From a virus: a stretch of DNA of 64,000 nt. The notes below the pieces were generated by a model that was not told the origin of the DNA, did no database searches, and was given only the letters and a program-made list of their open reading frames with translations. Every line of letters begins with the position of its first letter. Position 1 is the stretch's first letter. The DNA is taken from the IMG/VR virus record IMGVR_UViG_3300020213_000023, positions 1-64,000 of that record. One strand, written 5' to 3'. Below are positions 9,101 to 18,370 of the stretch, one piece after another. The translations under genes and the position numbers were made by a program.

Positions 9101-9439
9101 TCATGTGATGTCCTTCTGCGCAGGCAGGATGAGGTTGAACGGGTCGTTCAGCGTCTCGAAACCAAGTTTCAAGAGGTGTTGCCTGAACCGCTCGTTTGAA
9201 GTCTCGATACATATCGAGACATCGGGATACTTGTACTTGATATTCCGCAGCGTCTTGGTGAAGAGGCCCTTGCCTCTGTGTTCGAGGAGCACCGTAACCG
9301 TCGTGATGTCGAGGACGGGTCCCTCGCGGAGCTTCAAGTAGAGAAACAGGAACCCTGGCTGTGTGATATGGCGCCGCGAAGCCGTCTGGGAGACGTGCAG
9401 CAACCTCAAGCCGCTGTCCATGAACTCGTCTAAGGTCAT
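9101..9439 (-). CDS. GNAT-fold acetyltransferase
   Basis: VTVLLEHRGKGLF acetyl-CoA motif A and LLKLGF motif B. Confidence 0.7.
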   Translation of the reverse strand: MTLDEFMDSGLRLLHVSQTASRRHITQPGFLFLYLKLREGPVLDITTVTVLLEHRGKGLFTKTLRNIKYKYPDVSICIETSNERFRQHLLKLGFETLNDPFNLILPAQKDIT

Positions 9440-9640
9440 CGTCGATCCTTACAGGCCCCACAAACGACCAGACGACACGATACAACGCGCGTAGAGGAAT
9501 TTTCTCGACCCCCGCGTACGTTTTGACCGTCGCCATCCGGCCGTTGGTGTAAATGACCACGCCATGACGTGCTACCGCCGTGGTTTTGTATATCTCGTTC
9601 CAGCCGGCGGAGCGTCCCCGGTATCGCTTACGCAGCGTAC

Positions 9641-9973
9641 TCAGGCGACCGTCAATGTTGTAGACGTCGGGTTCGTAGCGAGGAGCGGGACTGCCGTAGA
9701 GGGTCCCAAACAATGCGGCTTTACGAGTTGCTCGATCCACCAATAGTTTTTGTCGTCGCGCGCCATCGGGCCCAGGAACGTCCAGAAAGCTTTGAATAGA
9801 CATTTTGGGTCACAATCGGTGGTGGTGTAGACGTTGCCGTTGTTCCAGCGACGCCAGGGCAAAACGTGGATGACCTTGGCGTCTATGCCCGCGATTCGCC
9901 CGAAGAACTCCCACACATAGTGTTCCACCACGAGAACGAGGTCACCGATCTCAAACGTTGGGGCGTCTAACAC
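9641..9973 (-). CDS. hypothetical protein carrying the WTFLGP motif
   Basis: FEIGDLVLV...GRIAGI SH3/KOW-like start. Confidence 0.5.
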   Translation of the reverse strand: MLDAPTFEIGDLVLVVEHYVWEFFGRIAGIDAKVIHVLPWRRWNNGNVYTTTDCDPKCLFKAFWTFLGPMARDDKNYWWIEQLVKPHCLGPSTAVPLLATNPTSTTLTVA

Positions 9974-10535
9974 GCACAGGCCTCTTCTTCTTTTTGGCTT
10001 TAGACTTAACCACCATTTTCTTGATAGGAGCGTACACGACCCACGTCTTCACCCACTGAAGGCCGGAGAGTCCGATGGCGGCTGCAACCGAAGGAGTCAG
10101 GTCAGCATCGCCACGCCATACACCGGGGTCGCTCGCCTTGATCTTGACGACCCAGTAGCCCTTGGGGCATTTCTTGCCTTTCTTGAAATCGGGGTGGGTG
10201 CACGCCCCGTAGGGTCCTCGATCGAGGACACGGCACAGCGTTCTCTTCTTGGTCTTCACGTGCTCGACCGCCAAGATGGTCCCGCACGTATAGGTACGGC
10301 TTGCGCAGACGTTCATCTCGGGCATCGACTGGACTCTGTAATCCGGTGCGCACGCGAGAAGACTACCGCCTCCGTTGCTGTCTTTGGGTCTCCCGTAGGT
10401 TGACGCGATGCCTAGCACCGCCTTGGGGCTAGTCGCCGTAGGAATAGCGTATTCCGGGATGTCGCGCAGGAACGGGTCGCTGAACACAGCGAAGAAACGC
10501 AACAACACGATAATTAAGGGGTAGATGAGGTACAT
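9951..10535 (-). CDS. RlpA-like double-psi beta-barrel protein with N-terminal hydrophobic segment
   Basis: GIASTYG...ASRTYTCGT...CRVLDRGPYG...DLTPSVAAAIG; SD before MYLIYPLIIVLL. Confidence 0.8.
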   Translation of the reverse strand: MYLIYPLIIVLLRFFAVFSDPFLRDIPEYAIPTATSPKAVLGIASTYGRPKDSNGGGSLLACAPDYRVQSMPEMNVCASRTYTCGTILAVEHVKTKKRTLCRVLDRGPYGACTHPDFKKGKKCPKGYWVVKIKASDPGVWRGDADLTPSVAAAIGLSGLQWVKTWVVYAPIKKMVVKSKAKKKKRPVRVRRPNV

Positions 10536-10576
10536 GAGGAATCCTTTCCTCCGGAAACCTACACCGAATGCCGTCC

Positions 10577-10870
10577 TTAGTACGGCATATACGGAATCTT
10601 GGACGGCAGAGACGTCTTCGGTTTGTCTCTCTCCGCCAGGCAACCGGCGCACGTGAGAGCCCCTTCTGTAGGGGTAGGATAAAACGTCGCACCCGAGATT
10701 TCCCGCGGAATGATTTCGTCTTTGCACGCGGTCAACAGTCGCTCAACCTTCCGCTTGTCTGTTTTCGACCGTTGTCGGAAGACGCGTTGTTTGAACAAGC
10801 AGATGCGCCCGTCATCCCGTGTGATGTGTGAGAGCGGGTTCAGCGAGCGTTCGACCCAGGTAGGCGACAT
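10577..10870 (-). CDS. small Zn-binding protein, TCxxC family member 4
   Basis: DGRIC...AC...ALTCAGCL. Confidence 0.55.
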   Translation of the reverse strand: MSPTWVERSLNPLSHITRDDGRICLFKQRVFRQRSKTDKRKVERLLTACKDEIIPREISGATFYPTPTEGALTCAGCLAERDKPKTSLPSKIPYMPY

Positions 10871-11036
10871 GCCCTCAGGCTACCCCTTTTCGACTTGTGC
10901 TGCATACAGTCGAAATTCATTAGCAAGGTCGGCGGCTGCTTCCTTGTCGGTGCGCCCTACCCCTGTAATGTTGTCGATGTTTTTCAACGACGCGTGGATT
11001 TCATTCCCGCGGTCGAGGAAATAGAGCTTGTCCCCG

Positions 11037-12017
11037 TTATCCAGCGTCTTGGTTCTCATCTGCCATTTCCTTTCGAATCGCATCTTTAAGGCGAGGCATG
11101 GTCTTTTGCGCGAAGGCACGGAGGTCACCGGGATAGTCCCGCGTGTTCACGTCGTAATAGTCTTCGCCCATCATTCCGTAACCTGCACCACTCAGCCATT
11201 CATGCAAGTCCGTCTCGCAAGAGATGTTCTCGAGTTCGTCCCAGGCGTAACGTGCGTCGTCTCTGTCTTTGATTAACTTGTTGAGGCGGCGACGCCAGAT
11301 GACATCCTTGTAGTTGTTGATTGCTTTGTCGACACTGAAAACTTGGTTACCGAGCTTACTCATGACGTAGTCGTCATGAAGCCCTAGAACAAAGTGCCGG
11401 AAGTCTCTGTTACCAAAATGCGTCCAATGGAAGACGTAGTTTCCGTAATCGGAGACGACACCAAACCAACCATCGGACCGCAAGACGAAGTCTGCCCAGC
11501 CTTCTCGGCCGCTGTCATTCGGTAGGTAGTACCGATAGAATTTCAATTCGCTCATTCCAGCGCCGGCGGCGGGTGGTGATACGCCACGCCCAGGCGTGAT
11601 GAGCTTCGCGGCTTCCTCGAGTGTCTTTCGCTCGGCGTCAAGGTCACGGTTGAGGGCAGCGGCTTCGGTGAACTGGGCGCCATAGCGAGCCTTGAGCTTG
11701 GCGATGTTGCGCTCGAAGGCTTCCTCGAAGCCCTTCTTGATGGCCGTCAGCGCCAGCGCGATGTACCAGGACTCGTCACCCGCCTCCTCGAGGATGTTGA
11801 TCTCATCCAGGGCTTTGCCGTAGATGATGTGCTTCTTGAGCGCATCGGCAATCTCGCCGACCTCAGAAGCCATTCCCAGGACCGCGTGCAGCAGCTTCGC
11901 GATCATCGTGTTGTGCTCGGCCGACATCGGTTCGCCGGTCTGGCGGTCGAACAGCCGGACGAAGTCCGGAGTGAACTCGGTGACAAGCGCGAGCTGTTGA
12001 TATTCGTTGGGCTGCAT
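11037..12017 (-). CDS. MazG-like NTP pyrophosphohydrolase in frame with a second unknown domain
   Basis: YQQLA...LGMASEVGEIADALKK...EEAGDESWY...NIAKLKARY. Confidence 0.8.
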   Translation of the reverse strand: MQPNEYQQLALVTEFTPDFVRLFDRQTGEPMSAEHNTMIAKLLHAVLGMASEVGEIADALKKHIIYGKALDEINILEEAGDESWYIALALTAIKKGFEEAFERNIAKLKARYGAQFTEAAALNRDLDAERKTLEEAAKLITPGRGVSPPAAGAGMSELKFYRYYLPNDSGREGWADFVLRSDGWFGVVSDYGNYVFHWTHFGNRDFRHFVLGLHDDYVMSKLGNQVFSVDKAINNYKDVIWRRRLNKLIKDRDDARYAWDELENISCETDLHEWLSGAGYGMMGEDYYDVNTRDYPGDLRAFAQKTMPRLKDAIRKEMADENQDAG

Positions 12018-12478
12018 CTAGGACCTCACGGGAAAGCTCCGACCGGAGCTGTATTTGATGTCGGCGTGTTTGGCGCAGTAGACGCGACAGGTATGTTCTC
12101 CGTCGACGTACGCAATCCACCCGGTAGAGACGAAGGTTACGAAGGAAATGACCCGTAGCGTGCTTTGGCCTCGGTGGCTGGAGTGGCGCAAGATTGCTTC
12201 GGCTCTCGCGGAACATCGGACTTCTTTTCGACGTTCCCTAATCCATTCCCGGTCGCCTGGCACACCCTCAGGGTCATTGACCCAGTCGAAATGCTCGCAG
12301 TATACGTACCCAACGATGTCAGCAAGCACGCGCAGCGTCCGCTGTTCGTCGCCTCTGCTCGACAGAAATCAGGCGAATCCACCCCTCCAAGTACGCGGCT
12401 GTTTCGACGCTGAGGTCGCAGTCCCAGCAAGGACCGTCGTTGGCGCTGTAACCTCCGCACACGTGCTTGATTTTGTAT

Positions 12479-13348
12479 TCACCGCTTTTCAAGCGGCGCA
12501 CGAGATAGGCGGACAAGTTCGCCAGGTGCGCGTCGTCCATCTCGAACACGAATAGCTTGCGCTTGTCCTTGGTTACCCATGGGGTATCGAAGTCCACCCT
12601 TTTCATGTGTTTCTCTTTTCTCGCTCGTGAAGCAGAAACGACACTTCTCACAAGCGCCGTTGTGGTCCATGCCGCCGGTTGCGGTGGCAGGACATGTCCG
12701 CGGATCCACTTTCGTGAACTCCGCGCGTTTGCCAATGTGGTGCTCGGCAAAGACCACCGTCGCCCACGGGGGTGGCCGTGTGTTGTCTGTCTGCACCCAC
12801 GCGATGAAGTTCTCGGGCCCTCGTTCTCCTGCTAGGTTGAATGCTTGATTACGAAAGGCATCTTTGGTGGTGTAGTCAATGCTCAGCATCACGTGCAGAT
12901 TCGGCAAGTGAAGTAGCTTGGCGGCCAAGTCGAACTTCCTCGTCGATACCCATAAAGCCAGCTCGGGAACTTCCCGCGCCAGCACGTTGATGAAGCGTAC
13001 CGAGCCGGGTTGTAGGTCGCCAACACCGAAGAACCTGAGGAAATCCTGCTGGGCCTGTACTTCATAGGCGAGCCCCAAGGCTTCACGGAAGACCGCGCGC
13101 TCCGTGGCCTTTCCCAGGTAATCGAAGCGTTCGAAGTTTTCGACTTGCCGACGGACAGCGGCGGGCATGCTGATGCGCGATTCGAGCCCGTAACAGTAGC
13201 TCATGCACGCTTGTGTGGGGCGGCACGACCTGGCAATCGAGACGTTGATCGAGAGTCCGGTCTTGCTGTTGTTCGAGAGGAAGAGGCGTTCTGGGGCTTC
13301 TGGGGCCGTCAGGGTAGCCAACTGCAGTCGTCGGAACTTCGGCGTCAT
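12479..13348 (-). CDS. GP88-like Cys-cluster protein
   Basis: NSKTG...SCRPTQACMSYCY...RFFGVGDL...CPA...CEKCRFC. Confidence 0.65.
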   Translation of the reverse strand: MTPKFRRLQLATLTAPEAPERLFLSNNSKTGLSINVSIARSCRPTQACMSYCYGLESRISMPAAVRRQVENFERFDYLGKATERAVFREALGLAYEVQAQQDFLRFFGVGDLQPGSVRFINVLAREVPELALWVSTRKFDLAAKLLHLPNLHVMLSIDYTTKDAFRNQAFNLAGERGPENFIAWVQTDNTRPPPWATVVFAEHHIGKRAEFTKVDPRTCPATATGGMDHNGACEKCRFCFTSEKRETHEKGGLRYPMGNQGQAQAIRVRDGRRAPGELVRLSRAPLEKR

Positions 13349-13857
13349 GTCTCTCCATCCGCGACTTCGAGGGGTGGAAGCGTCGGAACCTCGTAGCCTT
13401 CGTATGGCTCAAGCGACGTCAACGCGGCATGAACGTTCCCAGTGATCAACGCGCGATATGCAACCACTGCTGCGATAGCGTGGATGATTGGATTTCCCTG
13501 ATCGTCAGTGACGAACGTTGTAACCCCGTCATCACCTGCTTCGAAGAAGCAAACTTCCGCATCATACTCACCGGGGCATGCATCTCCGTAGCGGATATAC
13601 GAGACGTCTTGGGCTCGAAGAAACGTCTCCAATTCTTCGAATGATCCGTTATGTGCTTGGTGATCGTATAGATGTAGTAAGCGCTCTCCATCGAGCGCCG
13701 CGATTAACTCGTCTTCGGTGTAGAAGACGTTTTCGTTGAACGGTTCGTCAGGGACAAGGCCAGCGCCCGCGTTGTGCACTTCAGAAAAGAACGAGTGCAA
13801 AAGCGTGCGTTTGATAGGTCCGCCGATGATGATGTGTGCGGCAACGTAGCTAGACAT
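13345..13857 (-). CDS. hypothetical acidic protein
   Basis: 170-aa ORF; ATGA overlap with the next gene. Confidence 0.65.
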   Translation of the reverse strand: MSSYVAAHIIIGGPIKRTLLHSFFSEVHNAGAGLVPDEPFNENVFYTEDELIAALDGERLLHLYDHQAHNGSFEELETFLRAQDVSYIRYGDACPGEYDAEVCFFEAGDDGVTTFVTDDQGNPIIHAIAAVVAYRALITGNVHAALTSLEPYEGYEVPTLPPLEVADGET

Positions 13858-13860
13858 GTG

Positions 13861-14367
13861 TCACGTCTCCTGGTAGCCGTTCCACAGCTCGAGCTTGCAG
13901 CCATTGCATTGCAGGACCGCAGCGACAATGGTGGTTTCGAATCCCGTCCCTGTGCGGGCTCCTTTGTCATGGTTGACCGCGATACCGGTATCTCCTCGGA
14001 AGATGCCGCGAGGAATCCGTCCTTCCCAGAAGTAGTCCCAATAATCCCATTGGATCATCGATTCAGGTTTTCGTAGATCTTGTTTGCAGCCGGGACATTC
14101 GAACGGTACACGGAATTTGAGGTAGCTGACGCGGACCTGAGCAACCTCGGTTTCGTAGCCCTTGCCATGGATGGGGGTGAGGTCCGCGTTGCTTGCCCGA
14201 TCGACAGGGGCAACCTTGCCCTTGACGACACTCGCAATGACGATCCCGACAGGCGCATCGATTTGCGCTTTCTTCTCCGCGTCCTCAGGAGATTCGGCCT
14301 CGACGTGGACAGAATAGCGTTGGCTGTTGTCGTCTTCGTGAATGGCGAAGACCGTGTACGTCGTCAT
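13861..14367 (-). CDS. hypothetical protein with C-terminal Zn ribbon
   Basis: CPGC...CNGC. Confidence 0.6.
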   Translation of the reverse strand: MTTYTVFAIHEDDNSQRYSVHVEAESPEDAEKKAQIDAPVGIVIASVVKGKVAPVDRASNADLTPIHGKGYETEVAQVRVSYLKFRVPFECPGCKQDLRKPESMIQWDYWDYFWEGRIPRGIFRGDTGIAVNHDKGARTGTGFETTIVAAVLQCNGCKLELWNGYQET

Positions 14368-14372
14368 TTTAT

Positions 14373-14636
14373 TTATGCCCAGAAAAGAACACGGCAAGCC
14401 CCTGCGTCCTTAGCCTCAAGATACGCCTCGATAAAGTCCTCGGTGCATCCGCCTTTGCGCATGACTTCGACGTAGCTGCGCCAGGGTGCGGGGGACTCGC
14501 CGACATCCTGTCCGATGTGCAGAATGAATTCACAGGCCTCCTTGTGGACGAACGTTGAGTTCCGGAGGCAGAACTCCCAGTTGGGGTCGTCGTCTTCGAA
14601 GTCCCACTCGATTTCAATCAGTACGCTCTTATCCAT
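14373..14636 (-). CDS. hypothetical protein
   Basis: AGGAG SD. Confidence 0.6.
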   Translation of the reverse strand: MDKSVLIEIEWDFEDDDPNWEFCLRNSTFVHKEACEFILHIGQDVGESPAPWRSYVEVMRKGGCTEDFIEAYLEAKDAGACRVLFWA

Positions 14637-14819
14637 GGAAACTCCTAGTCGAGTTCAACCGATGCAGCTTCGGCGAAGTACTTGATGCGCATTTGCTGTT
14701 TGCATTTCTTGCAAGCGCCTGTCTGTTCTACGTATGTCGCCGTTCCATCGTTGTCGTACTCGAAGTACAACGGCCCCCATTCGATTTCGACGTGCTTGCA
14801 TGTCGCATGCGGCGGAGAC

Positions 14820-15050
14820 TTACCTATAGAGCAGCGCCCGGACCGCTTGCGGTCCTTCCGTTGCAGCGATCCCCACTGCACGCATGGACGCCGTCCATCC
14901 CGAGGGGTCTTCCTTGATCTCGTCGTAAACCCAACAGACGATCTCACCCTTTTCATCTGCGATGTAGATCGACGGGTCCTCGCCGAAGTCGACGAAGACT
15001 CCGGGAAAGATCTCATCACAGCCGGGATATGGGTTTTTAGTTTTCGACAT
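14820..15050 (-). CDS. hypothetical protein
   Basis: tiles with neighbours. Confidence 0.55.
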   Translation of the reverse strand: MSKTKNPYPGCDEIFPGVFVDFGEDPSIYIADEKGEIVCWVYDEIKEDPSGWTASMRAVGIAATEGPQAVRALLYR

Positions 15051-15324
15051 CGAGAAGTTCCTCAGGGGAATGCACGTCTACGGAAAGGATATCCGCCACG
15101 CTCTCGCCGGTCTCCTCGCCCCACTGTGCCCGCGGCGCGAGCTGTTGCCCGCCCATGTTGTAGTCCGCGCCGCAGTTGCTGCAGGTATTGGTGAATCGGT
15201 AGCAGCTAAGCCATTCACCACAACACCTGACTTGCGTCTCCACGCGGATCCAGAGGTCGCCCTCGAAAACGCCACCCCGCCTACGCCCCTCGCCGTCCTT
15301 GAAGTAACGCCACTCTTCACTCAT
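15037..15324 (-). CDS. Zn-finger protein
   Basis: RCCG...NTCSNCGADYN...GQQLAPRAQWGEETGE. Confidence 0.65.
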   Translation of the reverse strand: MSEEWRYFKDGEGRRRGGVFEGDLWIRVETQVRCCGEWLSCYRFTNTCSNCGADYNMGGQQLAPRAQWGEETGESVADILSVDVHSPEELLDVEN

Positions 15325-15521
15325 GGGTCATCCTTGATTCTGAATTTCTTGGTGTTGATGGTACTCACCAGGGTTTGGTGAATGCGCTGAGCCTGCCGGG
15401 GGCTCTTGCCTTGGTAGGTGACCGCGTGGACCACCTCGTCTGTTTCACGCTCAATAACTAGAAAGCGAGGTTTCTTGGCTGTCGCCAAGGCGCTCGCGAC
15501 GCGTGCCATGTGACCCCCTGG

Positions 15522-16322
15522 TCAGATTGCAAACTCTCGGACTACGTCGATCCCTTCCCACTGCATTTCCACCTGGATCGACTGTCGCTCGACCATCGGA
15601 CAATCACACCCAGGGCACTTTGCGCGATGAACCAACGCCACTGCGGTACCTGCTTCTTCTCGGGTCTCGAGTAGAAGGTCGTGTTGTTCCTCGCTCAACG
15701 CGGTTGCCGGACGCACATCGAACGCAACGCGGTCAGAGCATGCGCAAACACACGCTTCATCCGCCGTGATCCGTGTGTAGTAATCACACGTGCGGATAAC
15801 AAGGTCTTCACAGAGGTGCTCTGTAATAGCCTCGAGGACTTCACTCTCGGGAAGTACGCCCTCCGCGATTCGTTTCTTCTGACTGTCGGTGCCTTTCTTG
15901 GTGACCCACTTCTGGATTGACAACATGCGCTTAGCTGCCTTGGTTTCTTCCTCGCGACGTTTCAATGCGTCTGTTTCTTGTTGTCGCAGAGCTTCCGCGC
16001 GCTCCTGTTCTTGCGTTGTTATCAGGGCTGCCTGTTCTTGGCTGCGCATGTTTACGCGGTGAATGAGAAGACGGAACAACTCGCCCACAGACGGCTCCTC
16101 TGCCCACACATCTCCGTCTTTTTTCCCGACGATGTCATCGACGAGAACGACGTCACCTAGCTCTTCCCGCAGTTCTTTGGTCGCGTCTTGCAGGTCGTGG
16201 TCGGAGACGATGACGAGATGCACGCCGAATTGGGTCTTGCCGCTGCAGAGCGCGGCCTTTGGGTGGACGAACAGTTTCACGAAACACGGCATTTTACTTG
16301 GCCCCTTCACTGATGCAGGCAA
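15522..16322 (-). CDS. hypothetical protein with coiled coil and Cys pairs
   Basis: 266-aa ORF. Confidence 0.65.
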   Translation of the reverse strand: MPASVKGPSKMPCFVKLFVHPKAALCSGKTQFGVHLVIVSDHDLQDATKELREELGDVVLVDDIVGKKDGDVWAEEPSVGELFRLLIHRVNMRSQEQAALITTQEQERAEALRQQETDALKRREEETKAAKRMLSIQKWVTKKGTDSQKKRIAEGVLPESEVLEAITEHLCEDLVIRTCDYYTRITADEACVCACSDRVAFDVRPATALSEEQHDLLLETREEAGTAVALVHRAKCPGCDCPMVERQSIQVEMQWEGIDVVREFAI

Positions 16323-16662
16323 GACACGTGAGCACGGCGTGCTCTAGTGCCTTAGGAATTTCAACTTCTTGCCCGCAATACATCAAGAACGTCGAGTCCC
16401 ATGTGGTCGTACTCTTGAATACGGTGCCCGCGATCTCGTGGGACGTGACAGACTTCACACAGCAAACGACCCCGTCGTTGTCGACGAGGTCGCCTCGCTG
16501 AGCCCGAGTCTTCATGAAGCGCTCGTTTTCGATACGCTTTCGTTCTCGGGTGTGTTTGGAGCGGTGTGCGACACAGCAAAACGGGCGTATTTTTTTGGAG
16601 TCGCTTGCCGATTTTGAACAGACAGGGCAGTACGCCGTCACGACCCGGTAGGACGCAGGCAC
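16294..16662 (-). CDS. CxxC...RPFC finger fused to TCxxC family member 5
   Basis: CPVCSK...RPFCC followed by DGVVC...YC...VLTCLACI. Confidence 0.55.
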   Translation of the reverse strand: MPASYRVVTAYCPVCSKSASDSKKIRPFCCVAHRSKHTRERKRIENERFMKTRAQRGDLVDNDGVVCCVKSVTSHEIAGTVFKSTTTWDSTFLMYCGQEVEIPKALEHAVLTCLACISEGAK

Positions 16663-17087
16663 TGCGGCTTGAGGTAGGCCTCCAGTGATTCGATGACCTC
16701 GATTTCGTCGGGGTCTAGGCCGTCTTCCAGGTCCTCTCGCAGCGCCACGAGGAGGTTGTAGGCCTTCTCGATGAGTACATCCACATCAGGGACGTTGTTG
16801 GGTTGTTCACTGATCCATGCATTCAGCTTACGGAGCGTGTTCTCTCGGGCGCGCAGCGCAGTGATCGCCGTTTGCCTCCACGCATGCCAGCGTTCACGAG
16901 ACCACCGGATTCCACCTTGGTTGTTGCAGGAACGACAGCCAGCGCCGTTGCACGTAGCGCAACGATCCTGCTTGTTCTTGTTGGAGAGCTGCGTGCTGAT
17001 GTCGCTGATCTCTTCGATGAGCGTGGTGCGCCATTGCTTTGCGCTCGTCAGGTCTTTAGGTTCTTCGAAAACTACTTTCACTGTCAT
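16638..17087 (-). CDS. hypothetical protein with DnaJ-like CxxCxGxG fragment
   Basis: CATCNGAGCRSC within a helical protein. Confidence 0.6.
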   Translation of the reverse strand: MTVKVVFEEPKDLTSAKQWRTTLIEEISDISTQLSNKNKQDRCATCNGAGCRSCNNQGGIRWSRERWHAWRQTAITALRARENTLRKLNAWISEQPNNVPDVDVLIEKAYNLLVALREDLEDGLDPDEIEVIESLEAYLKPQCLRPTGS

Positions 17088-17430
17088 TACACCACGCTCC
17101 GATATAGAGATACCCTGCGGATTTCCGTGGGTCTGCGATGATCGTGTAGTTACTATCCAGAACAGTCACCAGGCACGCGTCTCGGGTTGATACGCTCTGT
17201 TTAACGAGTTCTTTGCGCAAGCGCGGGACCCCTTTTTCTTGGGCCCAGGCCCACAGGTCTTCACGGGGTTTCCGAAAGCTGCTTGCGTAGTTGTTGAACT
17301 GTTGACGGTCATGCACGATGTCGAGGCAGTCGGGGTTCTTGAAGATCGCGCGCGCACCCCAGTATAGATCAGGCACGGGCTCGACGTTGGGGCGCAGGCC
17401 GAACCAGTGGCTGACGAAGACTTCGTTCAT
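17056..17430 (-). CDS. hypothetical protein
   Basis: ATGA overlap; 124 aa. Confidence 0.6.
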   Translation of the reverse strand: MNEVFVSHWFGLRPNVEPVPDLYWGARAIFKNPDCLDIVHDRQQFNNYASSFRKPREDLWAWAQEKGVPRLRKELVKQSVSTRDACLVTVLDSNYTIIADPRKSAGYLYIGAWCNDSESSFRRT

Positions 17431-17840
17431 CGTTCACGCTCCATGTACTCCATGTACTTCTCGTCTTCGTTCCAATGTTCATAATTTCTCGCGAGGCGAG
17501 CGCCTAGGCGAGCAAGCGCCTCCTCGAGGACCTGGACCTTGGCGTCTTCTTGCGCCGCCTTGATCTTCTTATGGAGTTCATCGCGAGCGACGGCAGCTTC
17601 TCGTTCGTTCTCCTCGAGATCCTCGTACGGATCATAGTGGTCGTAGTAGTCGTCGCCGTCTTCGTAGCGTGCTTGACGAAGGAAACCTTCTTGTTCGTTG
17701 GTTCGTTGAATCTCTTTGAGCTGCCTCGCGATGGCGTCGATTTGAGGTGAACGTTTGTCCATCTCCGCTTCAACGTCGTCTTCAGCAATCCCCTGGAACG
17801 CGACTTTGAAGTCGTCGTCCTCTAACCATCGCCAAGACAC
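17427..17840 (-). CDS. hypothetical acidic protein
   Basis: GGAGG SD before GTG (VSWRWL). Confidence 0.6.
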   Translation of the reverse strand: MSWRWLEDDDFKVAFQGIAEDDVEAEMDKRSPQIDAIARQLKEIQRTNEQEGFLRQARYEDGDDYYDHYDPYEDLEENEREAAVARDELHKKIKAAQEDAKVQVLEEALARLGARLARNYEHWNEDEKYMEYMERER

Positions 17841-18370
17841 GAGATGGCCTCCTCTTCTTTCTTGAGGGCCACTTCGAGCAGGTCTGCGAGTTCGGTGTAA
17901 ATTTCGTCTTTGAGGCGATACATTGCAGCGTTCGCTTCTGTAACGGAGAAGCGGTTCTTCACCTTCTCGCGCAGCTCGCGAACGATATCGAACAGTGGCG
18001 TCCCGCATGGCAGGACTCCTTTCTTTTCTACGTGAAGCTACGCCGCGTGGCGCAGCCCGAGTCTTACGAGTGCTTGGCCCTTCCGTGCGGGAGGCGTCGG
18101 ATTCGGCGCCTCTCCTACTTTGACAAGGTCTCCATTCTGGACCATGCGACGAAGGGTGCTTGGGTTTACGTCCGACAGGAAGTATAGGCGCGAGATAGTA
18201 CGCGTCTCTCCGTCACGCATCACCGTCAAGACTTTTTGTAGGGCCGTCGGCTTCGCCATACTGACCCGGCAAACATACCAGGCATCGCTTTTCATCGCGA
18301 GGTGAAACGTTCGGACACTTGGTGAACGTGAATGATTTGAAGCACTCGCCGCATACGTGCGGGGTTTCTT

